The position numbers and the translations under genes were made by a program. A DNA stretch of 63,636 bases, the filler included. It is 3 parts of 3 records of this genome, joined end to end, with 100 filler letters (N's around TTAATTAATTAA, not from the genome) between each part and the next. Parts side by side here need not be neighbours in the genome. Positions count along the whole stretch, not along the records: positions 1 to 22,569 come from SRR2962707_1816; positions 22,670 to 53,250 come from SRR2962707_1817; 1 more part is not named here. The stretch is one strand, 5' to 3'. Position 1 is the stretch's first letter; each line of letters begins with the position of its first letter. The notes below the pieces were generated by a model that searched no databases, was not told where the DNA came from, and saw nothing but the letters and a program-made list of their open reading frames with translations. Positions 18,601 to 26,753 of the stretch are shown here, piece after piece.

Positions 18601-18917
18601 CGATTGAAGTAAAAGCGGAAAAAATCATAATGGATGTTGAGAAGGCGTTATTGATTGGGTTAATGGTTAGCGAGATGGTAAATAACGCCATCAAGCATGG
18701 ATATGAAAAAGATCAAGAAGGACACGTTACTATCCAATTTGCAAAGAAGGGAAAAAAGCTATTGTTGAGTGTGCTGAATGATGGCAAGTTGCTTACCCAA
18801 GATATCCTTGACAATAGCACGGGTTTAGGCATTTCCCTGATCAAAACATTTTCAAAGCAACTCTCCGGTACACTTCAACTGGATGATAAGCAAAATGGGC
18901 TTAAAGTGATTTTTTAA
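15654..18917 (+). CDS. Soluble multi-PAS sensor histidine kinase (HisKA_2 type)
   Basis: Repeated PAS/PAC motifs (IHEEDKERV, IHPEDL, DITE), H-box EVHHRVKNNMQ, N-box EMVNNAIKHG; no TM helices; start (TTG) uncertain. Confidence 0.9.
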   Translation: MDTQLHISHKNVLESMPFGVIQLDLNGKVLYANRSACELLGIKSEDRMLGRHYEDFSWNPYGKNEKVASSNHLFSKVLAQEEVVTSSIQGTYVEDKRRWFSVNAAPVYDEDKKLVGAVLNFADVTTKVEHEKWKDEESARYKILVENLNGVVWETKLGTHTFSYISPRAEDLLGFPQNEWIKERFWQSRIHEEDKERVLSYEKKKVADASNYQLEYRLVHKNGNIVWVRDLVEVIKDSEGRPELLRGITLDITDNHVSRQLLRESEKRYKQMISEAPYAITIYNKEGTLIAANSKCAEYWKVDLKDYIGRFNIFNNDLFIKDSQRVEIEKAFSGKQGEITANVPLIHAGDSTRSYHLKYYPLFDTNGELENVVYFTEDITDLKQAERKIKQEEALKQGVLDALDEGILVVDEKGMIIGINRNLKIYVKNQPYSELEIGKSVFDFIQYFDEEEYLKRGLESILSQKSKVLDHEMKLADGKWYNLRATPLNEPFGAVIAWQNIHTRKEIETALERSLKKYRNIYNKAPVMMHSINNKLEIISVSDFWLDKMGYERNEVIGKTPIDFMTEDSMPSVATNLKELFQKGEARNVEYRYIKKSGEVMDVLLSAVSEYDEEGNFERSITGMLDVTDLKAAERKLQESQFKLLESQRISKIANYEYDIESDLVTPSEEMVSMMGLSESDKHISVIKRLIHPEDLSEFADKLERCIREGKDFFQIYRIYHMRTKKIKWISGRGKMIKGPKGRVSKMIGTVQDITEQKHAEEKIKRLTDRILLAAEIANLGVWEYDRETEEIFWEDQMYSIFSDAQKPLGIEEISKYFLSDSEKVIDDSLRMIKKGINFLESDFRVSVQGEEKYLRAFTRILRDNHSKVKGMIGVIYDITGDKRLQMQLETSLEEKNILIKEVHHRVKNNMQLISSIMALKSYDLEDENSKSIFNEVNDRIKAMSVIHDKLYTFYNVSEIDIGEYLRHIASELQVLQGSANISIEVKAEKIIMDVEKALLIGLMVSEMVNNAIKHGYEKDQEGHVTIQFAKKGKKLLLSVLNDGKLLTQDILDNSTGLGISLIKTFSKQLSGTLQLDDKQNGLKVIF

Positions 18918-19497
18918 ACGTAGCTGAATAGTCAAATAGCGTTTGAATAAGTCCGCTAGTCGTTTTGGTATCGATTTTTCTCATGATATTTCCTTTGTGA
19001 GCATTGATGGTACGCACACTCAAATCAAGTTTGGTGGCAATTTCTTCATTGGTCATATCCTGCATCATGAGTTGCAGTATCTCGTTCTCTCTCTCTGTAA
19101 GGGATCGCACTTTTTCAGCCATTTCATTAGCCTTATTGGAGAAAAGCATGCTGATCATAGTTTCATTGTAGAAAATATCATTTTTCAGTGCCACCTGGAT
19201 TGTTTTCAAAATATCATCGGCCTCCATATTAAGCGAAATGATACCATTTACATCAAAACGCGAAGTATACTGAATCAGTAAGGGCCTCAGGTCAAAGGCA
19301 AAAAGCAGGGTCGGTTTTTCAGATTGATATTTCTCCACCTCATCGGGAGAAATTGTTTCAACATCGATGATGATCAAATCTATTTTCTGACTGAAATTTG
19401 GGGCCATGGACAGTGTCCGTGGACAGATTTCATCTAGTAGTAGAAAAAGGTAGTTGGCCAGTGATGCATTCTTTGATACGATGAAAATCTCTTTCAT
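18901..19497 (-). CDS. LuxR-family HTH regulator with atypical receiver domain
   Basis: C-terminal LTERENEIL...TNEEIA.KL.LSVRTINAHKGNIMRK; N-terminal REC-like region is degenerate. Confidence 0.85.
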   Translation of the reverse strand: MKEIFIVSKNASLANYLFLLLDEICPRTLSMAPNFSQKIDLIIIDVETISPDEVEKYQSEKPTLLFAFDLRPLLIQYTSRFDVNGIISLNMEADDILKTIQVALKNDIFYNETMISMLFSNKANEMAEKVRSLTERENEILQLMMQDMTNEEIATKLDLSVRTINAHKGNIMRKIDTKTTSGLIQTLFDYSATFKKSL

Positions 19498-19575
19498 TTT
19501 ATAAGGTGTTTCTGGTCACTTGCAATTGTAATATCTCACAAAAACTTATAAATTGATAGTAATCGACGCGAACCT

Positions 19576-20946
19576 ATGGGAAAAATTTTAGTTGCGGAAG
19601 ACTCTCTTATTGTCAACCAACACATCAAGCACGCTTTGGAATCGGGCCATCATGAAGTGCTTTCCGTTTACTCCGGGAAAGAGGCTGTTTCCGTCGCATC
19701 AAAGGAAATTCCTGATTTGATTCTTATGGACATCATGATGGAGACGAATTCTGATGGGATAGACGCTGCTTTTGAGATCAAACAGAATCTGGATATTCCG
19801 ATCATATTTCTTACCGCTCTTACTGACGAGCCAACCATTGAAAAGGCTAAGTTCAGTTTGCCATATGGTTATGTCGTAAAGCCATTTAATGAAGCGGAGT
19901 TATTGTCCAACATTGATGTCGCGCTTTACAAGGCTCAGGCAGAAAAGAAAATAAAGGATAACAGTGAACTCTTTCAGGCGATTATTAACTCGATTGACAA
20001 AGCCATTTTTCTGCTTGATGCGGAAGGAAAAATTAAATACACCAATTCCGTGGTAGAGTCGCTGACCTCACGCTCTTTTGATCAACTCATGGATCGAAAT
20101 ATCAATGAAATTCTCAGCTTTTCAGATAATAGTGGAGTGAGGCAGAATGATATCCTGGCGATGGAAAATGATTCTGAAAAGGAGCTCATTTTGGGGGATA
20201 CCGAGAAAATATTTGGCGATTTCTATTCACACAAAGTTTCTCTTGACGAGGACTACACGCTACTTTTTTTTAAAGACATAACCGAACGAGTCAAGATAAG
20301 AGAGGCCAATGAGAACATGAAAAATCGTCGGTTGCTCTCCTTCATCGAAGGACAGGAAAAAGAGCGGGAGCGGATCGCTCGGGATTTACACGATGGAGTG
20401 GGTCAAATTGCTAATATGATCAAGCTGGCGGTTAAAAAAGGGGAATCTGAAGATGTTCTTACCGATATGGTTGATCAGTTTTTGGATGAAATGAGAAAAG
20501 TTACTGATGGTTTGCTGCCGACATTGCTCAGTGACTTCCCCATTGATGTGTGTATTAAGAAAATCGTAGATCAGGCAAATAAAAGTTCAAATGTCAAATT
20601 TGAATTTCATGCGGAAGACCTTCCTGAGATGGACATGAAGCATAAGGTGAACATTTATAGAATTTCTCAAGAAAATATTTCTAATATTATAAAACACTCA
20701 AATGCTCAAACAGCTTCAATTCAACTTTATGGTTTTGATAAACACATTCAAATGACCATTGAAGATGATGGTGAAGGATTTGAAATGGGGGACTATAAAG
20801 ACGATACCAGCCATCACGGGATACAGAATATTCTTTTTAGGGCTGAAGTTTTGAATGCAGAGTGTAATATTGACTCCAAGAAAGGTTCAGGTACATTTAT
20901 TAGTTTAAAGATTCCTCACGAAATGAACGCACATGAAAAAGACTAA
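19576..20946 (+). CDS. Hybrid REC-PAS-HisKA_3 histidine kinase
   Basis: N-terminal REC (ILVAED, LILMDIMM, FLTA, KPF), a PAS domain, ERERIARDLHDGVGQ, QENISNIIKHS, DDGEGF. Confidence 0.9.
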   Translation: MGKILVAEDSLIVNQHIKHALESGHHEVLSVYSGKEAVSVASKEIPDLILMDIMMETNSDGIDAAFEIKQNLDIPIIFLTALTDEPTIEKAKFSLPYGYVVKPFNEAELLSNIDVALYKAQAEKKIKDNSELFQAIINSIDKAIFLLDAEGKIKYTNSVVESLTSRSFDQLMDRNINEILSFSDNSGVRQNDILAMENDSEKELILGDTEKIFGDFYSHKVSLDEDYTLLFFKDITERVKIREANENMKNRRLLSFIEGQEKERERIARDLHDGVGQIANMIKLAVKKGESEDVLTDMVDQFLDEMRKVTDGLLPTLLSDFPIDVCIKKIVDQANKSSNVKFEFHAEDLPEMDMKHKVNIYRISQENISNIIKHSNAQTASIQLYGFDKHIQMTIEDDGEGFEMGDYKDDTSHHGIQNILFRAEVLNAECNIDSKKGSGTFISLKIPHEMNAHEKD

Positions 20947-21586
20947 ACTATTCCTCATTGAAGATCACGAGTTGGTTAGGAAGGGTGTCCGCAGCATCAT
21001 AGATATGGATCAATCTATAGACATCATTGGCGAATACGATAGAGCCGCCAAAGCTATTGATGCTATGGATCAGGGTAATGTCCCCGATATCATTTTGATG
21101 GACATATCCATGCCTGAAATGACAGGACTGGAAGCATCCAAGATGATAGGTGAGAAGTATCCAGATGTAAAAATCATCATATTAAGTATGTACAAGGATG
21201 AGGAATATGTGATGGAGGGGTTGAATTTTAATATTGCCGGATATGTCGTTAAAGACAGTGTGGCAGATGAAATCCTGGTGGCGATTGAAAAAGTAAACGA
21301 TGGTGGAAAATTCTTTAGCCGTGAAGTGATTGATACAGCGTTGAATTCCTACAAGGAGATAAAAAAAGAGAAGAAAAAAGCTGAGAGTGTTCAGCTTACA
21401 AAGCGGGAAATTGAGGTATTGAATGATATTTCTGACGGTCTTAAAAGTCAGGAAATAGCTGAAAAACTATTCATTAGTGAGCGTACTGTGGAGGCTCACC
21501 GAGGAAATATCATGAAGAAATTACACGCAAAAAACATGGCTGAACTCATTAAAAAAGCCATGAACCTGGGTCTCATTAAGCCTTGA
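20933..21586 (+). CDS. NarL/FixJ-family response regulator
   Basis: IEDH, ILMDISMPEMTG, LSM and YVVK receiver motifs; LuxR HTH LTKREIEVL...ISERTVEAHR. Confidence 0.92.
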   Translation: MKKTKLFLIEDHELVRKGVRSIIDMDQSIDIIGEYDRAAKAIDAMDQGNVPDIILMDISMPEMTGLEASKMIGEKYPDVKIIILSMYKDEEYVMEGLNFNIAGYVVKDSVADEILVAIEKVNDGGKFFSREVIDTALNSYKEIKKEKKKAESVQLTKREIEVLNDISDGLKSQEIAEKLFISERTVEAHRGNIMKKLHAKNMAELIKKAMNLGLIKP

Positions 21587-21717
21587 TTCTTAGTAATTAT
21601 GACTAAGTAAAGAGCCGTATTTTCCATATATGATTTTGTTTGTTCCTTTTCTAGGTTTGATTAGGAGAATTCTTTCTGAATATAAACCACCGTTTTATAT
21701 CAGAAAAGGAAGAGGAT

Positions 21718-22050
21718 ATGGTTATTTCTAAGACTCACCAAAAAATCAATGCACTAAGGGATTTAGTGCCCGGAAGCTTTGTATTCATCTTGGATACTAC
21801 AGACAGGTCCTTTCTGTTTAAATCCAAGGAAAGCCCGGATTGTGAACAGCGTGTAATATCTCTTGATAAAATCCATGGCATAGATACGTTGACCAGAAGC
21901 AGTGATTATTATAATCATGAAGATGATACTTCAGTGCTCAAGCTCAATAGAATAGGTCAAAATACTTTCATAGGACTCTGTGCTCCGAAAAAAAATTACT
22001 CTGAGGAACAATGGAGTTTGGTTAGTGAGTGTCTTTTTGAGCTCGCATAA
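21718..22050 (+). CDS. Hypothetical protein
   Basis: 110-aa ATG-initiated ORF filling the gap after the regulator; no recognisable motif. Confidence 0.5.
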   Translation: MVISKTHQKINALRDLVPGSFVFILDTTDRSFLFKSKESPDCEQRVISLDKIHGIDTLTRSSDYYNHEDDTSVLKLNRIGQNTFIGLCAPKKNYSEEQWSLVSECLFELA

Positions 22051-22078
22051 TTTCAAAATGAACATTTTGGGGTGTCCG

Positions 22079-22556
22079 GAACTCGGAGGGATTATTTACA
22101 TGATCCCTGTTCCTTCAAAATTCCGAGATAGAAGCTCAAATCGTTTCACGATTCACTTTTTTAATTTGTTCGACTCGCCAGAACGAGGTTCCGCTCTTTC
22201 CAAATAAAAAAAGCCCAAGGCTTTGCCTTGAGCTTCCATCTCTTGTGAACTCGGAGAGATTATTTACATGATCCCTTGAAGGTCAGAATTCCGAATAGCA
22301 AAACCCAATCTTCGATTGGTTTTTTTTACTCCTAGCTCTCGTTCAAACAAAGTTTGACTCGGCCTTTCACAAAAAAACCCAATGCTTTCGCATCGGGTTT
22401 TGCTATTCTTCGTGAACTCGGAGGGATTACTCATACACACCTCCATACCGCACTGCCCTTCGTGAATCTTCGATTTCGAACTCCTGGGTTCTCATCCAAT
22501 TTATTTAAATAAAAAAGTCAGCAATTGCTGACTTTTAAAGTGAACTCGGAGGGATT
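22079..22556 (-). repeat. tRNA-linked repeat array: tRNA 3' end plus three further copies, separated by structured 128-168-bp units
   Basis: (GT)GAACTCGGAG(G/A)GATT occurs at 22079, 22245, 22412 and 22540. On the minus strand each of the copies at 22245, 22412 and 22540 is followed by a hairpin plus T-tract. Confidence 0.85.
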
Positions 22557-22569
22557 CGAACCCCCAATC
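22541..22569 (-). tRNA. 3' part of a tRNA (T-arm and acceptor strand), probably tRNA-Arg; truncated by the contig end
   Basis: Minus strand GATTGGGGGTTCGAATCCCTCCGAGTTCA has a canonical GGTTCGAATCC T-loop. The anticodon is not visible; Arg is inferred only from remembered similarity to Bacteroidota tRNA-Arg ends. Confidence 0.75.
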
Positions 22570-22669
22570 NNNNNNNNNNNNNNNNNNNNNNNNNNNNNNN
22601 NNNNNNNNNNNNNTTAATTAATTAANNNNNNNNNNNNNNNNNNNNNNNNNNNNNNNNNNNNNNNNNNNN
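22570..22669. other. Artificial contig spacer
   Basis: N-runs around TTAATTAATTAA (stop codons in all frames); gene content changes lineage across it. Confidence 0.97.
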
Positions 22670-23163
22670 CTACAAGACCCGACACAAAGTGACTGACATC
22701 TATAATTAACTTGATTTACCACAAACAAGACATCACCAAGAATTTGGGCTTTGACCTTTAATCTCATCGTCAACATTCCGTAAAGACACTTTGTAAAGAC
22801 AAGCGCTTTCGCAAACACCGTCATGGTTATGTAAAACTCATTGTCGCGCCGGAGCAGCAACGCTTATTCTCAGATCACACCTTGTGCTTTGCAGAAGAAG
22901 ATTATCTTTTGGAACCAACAAAGTGTGCAGGTGAAGGGGTCGCTTTGGTAAAGAGTCCGACATAAAATTGGCATAATTGTCCTTGCTTATGTTAGAACAG
23001 TACCAACGGATCTGATTTTGCTAAGCACAGGGCGTATTAAATGTGACAACTAAGTTCTGCCTCTTATTGTACGCAATTTAAAAAACGGCATGCGACTCAA
23101 ATTCCGTGACAACACTCAATTCATCGCTCTGCGATAATCAACAATCAAATGGAATGCTTTTTT

Positions 23164-23904
23164 ATGAAAAAAACTCTTATTGCGGCGCTGGTTATGTCCT
23201 CCGTTTCTTTTGCGTACGCAGCAGATAACACAACCACCAAACTAGACACTAAAGAACAAAAACTGGCTTACAGTATTGGTACCATGTTCGGCGGTCGTAT
23301 GGAACAGGACTTCAAAAACCTAGACCTAGACACTTTTTACCAAGGCTTCAAAGATTCTTACGCTGGCAAAAAAGGCCTAATGACCAAAGAAGAAGTAACG
23401 GCCACTATCCAAGCGTACCAAAAAGAACGCATGGAAGAGCAACAACGCGAACAAGCCAAACTAGCGGCAGCAGATAAAGCAAAATCAGAAGCTTGGATCA
23501 AAGAAAAAGCCTCTGAAAAAGGCGTTATGAAAACCGATAGCGGCCTACTTTACAAAGTGATCACGAAAGGCAAAGGCGAAAAACCAAAAGCCACTGACAC
23601 AGTCAAAGTAGACTACGAAGGCAGCTTGATCGACGGCAAAGTATTCGACAGCTCTTACAAACGTGGCGAAGCCATTACCTTCCCTCTAAACCAAGTTATC
23701 CCTGGTTGGACAGAAGGCCTACAACTTATGCCTGTTGGCTCTAAATACGAGCTATACATTCCAGCGGCTCTAGCATACGGCCCTGGCGGCACAGGCCCTA
23801 TTCCGCCAAATGCAGCGCTTAAGTTTGTTGTTGAGCTTCACGCCATCGTCAAACCAGATGCGAAAAAAGACGAAGCAAAAGCAGAAACGAAAAAAGCTAA
23901 ATAG
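23164..23904 (+). CDS. fkpA: FKBP-type peptidyl-prolyl isomerase (FkpA/Mip type)
   Basis: Signal peptide from MKKTLIAA (ATG 23164), FKBP_N region, YEGSLIDGKVFDSS, VIPGWTEGL, IPPNAALKFVVEL. Confidence 0.85.
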   Translation: MKKTLIAALVMSSVSFAYAADNTTTKLDTKEQKLAYSIGTMFGGRMEQDFKNLDLDTFYQGFKDSYAGKKGLMTKEEVTATIQAYQKERMEEQQREQAKLAAADKAKSEAWIKEKASEKGVMKTDSGLLYKVITKGKGEKPKATDTVKVDYEGSLIDGKVFDSSYKRGEAITFPLNQVIPGWTEGLQLMPVGSKYELYIPAALAYGPGGTGPIPPNAALKFVVELHAIVKPDAKKDEAKAETKKAK

Positions 23905-23942
23905 TTTCCCTAGCGAACTCTAGAGAAACAAACGATAAAAAC

Positions 23943-23971
23943 AAAATGGCCATTATCTGATGGCCATTTTT
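23943..23971 (+). terminator. Intrinsic terminator after the FKBP gene
   Basis: AAAATGGCCAT-TATCTG-ATGGCCATTTTT. Confidence 0.75.
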
Positions 23972-24160
23972 ACTTCACCTCACAGCTGCAACACTTCTCA
24001 CTGTAGCTCGAAAATCTAGGCTAGAGAAAGCTCTACAAACCTCTATCTATCCCCAACCTTTCCCTTAATCACCAAAGTAGAAATTGTCTAAAAGAGATAT
24101 TCCCTTTATTATCTTACTGATATTACTAACCTATTACTGATATTATAAATATCAAATCTT

Positions 24161-25597
24161 GTGGTAAAAATAGGAAAGACATTGAAATCAGGATATTCAC
24201 TCAAAGAACACAGTGCCTCCATTGCCATTACACTAAGAGCACTAGATGTTATTGCGATACTCATTTCAGGGCTATTCTGCTTCTGGCTACGGTTCTCCCA
24301 CTTAAATTTAAGCTACAACTATAAGAGTGTATTTTTAATAGGAATCTTACTCAGCCTTCTATCGCTCTCAGCCTCTGGAGCTTACCGAGCATGGCGTGGT
24401 ATCTCATTTTTTAGCGAAATAAAATGCGTAGTCAGCGCCATTAGCTTAAGTTTCATTCTTCTCATACTTAGCGTCTTTGCCACACAGTCTTCAGAGCTCT
24501 TTTCTCGTATATGGGTTATTGGTTGGCCCATTAGCTCATGTGCTCTTATTTTAATGTACCGTTTTACCTTACGTAAAAGCTTGGGAGTGTTAAGAGCAAG
24601 AGGTAAGAATGTCCGATATGTCATCATCATAGGTCATGGTGAGTTGGCACAAGAGGTGGCAACAAAACTAATAAAAACGCCCAACATGGGGTTAGTTGTT
24701 AGAGGCTACTTATCTGACGAGGGAGCCCTTACTAACGAAAAAAACAGCTACCAACTTAACTATCTAGGTAATTTAGAAGATTTAGACAAAACAGTTACAG
24801 ATCTCCACATAGACCAAGTCTGGATAGCTCTTCCTATGACAGAAGTAGAGCAACTGAAAAAAATCCAAAGAGTTCTTACAAGAACTTCTGTTACTATCCG
24901 CATGGTACCGGATGTCTTCGGTTTTGAGCTGCTCAATCATTCAATAACAGAAGTCGCAGGCCTTCCTGTTATCAACCTTTCAACATCTCACATGTTAGAA
25001 GGAAAAAACCGTTTCCTAAAACTCCTTGAAGATCAAATACTTGCTCTAATTATTCTTACCTTTATAAGTCCTCTTTTGATTGCCATCGCAATTTCTATTA
25101 AATTTTCTTCTCCTGGCCCTATATTATTCAAACAATACAGAACCGGTGCTAATGGCAAGAAAGTTAAAGTTTATAAATTTCGCTCTATGATCGTTCATCA
25201 AGAAAAAAATAACATAGTGACTCAAGCTAAAAAAGGAGACTCACGAGTAACAAGAGTAGGGGCTTTTTTAAGAAAAACTTCATTAGATGAATTGCCACAG
25301 TTTATAAATGTCCTTCAAGGAAGAATGTCAATTGTAGGACCAAGACCTCACGCTCTAGCTCATAACCAATACTACAAAGAGCTTGTGGAGTCTTATATGA
25401 GAAGGCATATGGTGAAACCTGGAATAACAGGTTGGGCACAAATTAACGGATTTCGAGGAGAAACAGATACAATAGACAAAATGGAAAACAGGGTTAAATA
25501 CGACCTATATTACATTGAAAATTGGTCAATCTGGCTCGATTTGAAAATAATATTCCTGACTATTTTTAAAGGCTTTATTCACAAGAATGCGATTTAG
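24161..25597 (+). CDS. wcaJ: Undecaprenyl-phosphate glucose phosphotransferase (WcaJ/WbaP family initiating transferase)
   Basis: Four N-terminal TM helices; YKFRSM, LRKTSLDELPQFINVLQGRMSIVGPRP, VKPGITGWAQING, DLYYIENWS. Confidence 0.9.
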   Translation: MVKIGKTLKSGYSLKEHSASIAITLRALDVIAILISGLFCFWLRFSHLNLSYNYKSVFLIGILLSLLSLSASGAYRAWRGISFFSEIKCVVSAISLSFILLILSVFATQSSELFSRIWVIGWPISSCALILMYRFTLRKSLGVLRARGKNVRYVIIIGHGELAQEVATKLIKTPNMGLVVRGYLSDEGALTNEKNSYQLNYLGNLEDLDKTVTDLHIDQVWIALPMTEVEQLKKIQRVLTRTSVTIRMVPDVFGFELLNHSITEVAGLPVINLSTSHMLEGKNRFLKLLEDQILALIILTFISPLLIAIAISIKFSSPGPILFKQYRTGANGKKVKVYKFRSMIVHQEKNNIVTQAKKGDSRVTRVGAFLRKTSLDELPQFINVLQGRMSIVGPRPHALAHNQYYKELVESYMRRHMVKPGITGWAQINGFRGETDTIDKMENRVKYDLYYIENWSIWLDLKIIFLTIFKGFIHKNAI

Positions 25598-25604
25598 TTT
25601 TATT

Positions 25605-26753
25605 TTAGGGATCTTCGGTTAGCGAAAACTCTATCTCTTTTTCATCACATTTATCTAAGACAAACTGCTTAAATTTACGCTTGAACACATCTGTTGAAAA
25701 ACTCATAGCATGGGCCCTAATCTTACTAGCATTAAATAGTTGATCACAGTTCTCTTCAAATTTATGAACCGCTTCAATAATAGCAGTGGTTTTCTGTGTA
25801 TGAAAATAGACCCCCGTTTTGTTATCTATAACAGTATCCAATACCCCACCTTTACCGAAGGCAATCACAGGTGTACCGCAAGCTTGAGCCTCTAAAGGAA
25901 CAATACCAAAGTCTTCTTCCGCTGCAAAAACAAAGGCTTTTGCTTTCATCATATGCTCTTTGAGCACCTGATATTCTTGATACCCTAAATATTCTACATT
26001 CGCTACAGAGGAGGCTATCTTCTCAATTTTAGAGCGTTCTGGACCATCACCAATAATCACAAGCTTTTTATCTGGCATCATGGAAAAAGCCTCAGCTATA
26101 AGAGCCAGACGCTTATAAGGGACAAGACGAGAAGCTGTAAAATAAAAGTCTTCCTTGGCTTCATGTAAGGGGAAAGCCTCAACATCCACATTCGGAAAAA
26201 TGACTACAGATTCTCTTCTGTAGCTTTTTCGTATTCGTTGTGCAATAAAACGACTATTGGCAATAAAATAATCTACATTGTTACTTGAAATAAAATCCCA
26301 ATTTTTTATTCTGTGTAAAAAAAAGCGAGCTAGTAATGACTTGAAGCCTTTGGTCAGATTAGACTCTCTAAGATATTCAAACTTCATATCCCAAGCATAA
26401 CGAATAGGAGAATGACAATAACAGATATGCAACTGATTCGGAGAAGTTATCACTCCTTTCGCAACAGCATGACTACTACTAAGTACTAAGTCATATGCAC
26501 TTAAATCAAGTTGTTCTATAGCAAAAGGCATTAGCGGTAAATAAGCACGGTATTTTTTTTTGGCAAAAGGTAGCTTTTGAATAAAAGTGTTTTTTGTTTG
26601 TTTTCCATGAAGGTACTTTTCACGTTGAGTATTATCAAAGAAATCGACAACAGAAAATACATCCGCGCTTGGAAAAATATCAAGCATAGCACCGAGAACA
26701 TTCTCTGCGCCACCAGGATTAACAAACCAATCATGAACTATAGCTACTTTCAT
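25605..26753 (-). CDS. GT4 glycosyltransferase (WbaZ-like mannosyltransferase)
   Basis: MKVAIVHDW..GGAE, SSSHAVAKG, EDFGIVPLEAQACG; start placed at ATG 26753. Confidence 0.85.
   Translation of the reverse strand: MKVAIVHDWFVNPGGAENVLGAMLDIFPSADVFSVVDFFDNTQREKYLHGKQTKNTFIQKLPFAKKKYRAYLPLMPFAIEQLDLSAYDLVLSSSHAVAKGVITSPNQLHICYCHSPIRYAWDMKFEYLRESNLTKGFKSLLARFFLHRIKNWDFISSNNVDYFIANSRFIAQRIRKSYRRESVVIFPNVDVEAFPLHEAKEDFYFTASRLVPYKRLALIAEAFSMMPDKKLVIIGDGPERSKIEKIASSVANVEYLGYQEYQVLKEHMMKAKAFVFAAEEDFGIVPLEAQACGTPVIAFGKGGVLDTVIDNKTGVYFHTQKTTAIIEAVHKFEENCDQLFNASKIRAHAMSFSTDVFKRKFKQFVLDKCDEKEIEFSLTEDP

Noticed and set aside
21980-22446. ORFs 21980-22207 and 22264-22446
   Set aside because: They run through the structured repeat units and terminators and show no protein features.
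22079-22569. CRISPR array interpretation of the repeated GAACTCGGAGGGATT motif
   Set aside because: The repeat is only 15-17 bp and identical to a tRNA 3' end, the intervening units are long and mutually homologous, and there are no cas genes.
22618-22860. 80-aa ORF ending in X residues
   Set aside because: It runs into the artificial spacer and shows no recognisable homology.
22700-22975. Possible decayed ISAs1-type transposase C-terminus (LTFNLI..QHSVK..KR in shifting frames)
   Set aside because: Needs several frameshifts and rests on a weak resemblance by eye; not supportable without tBLASTn/HMM.
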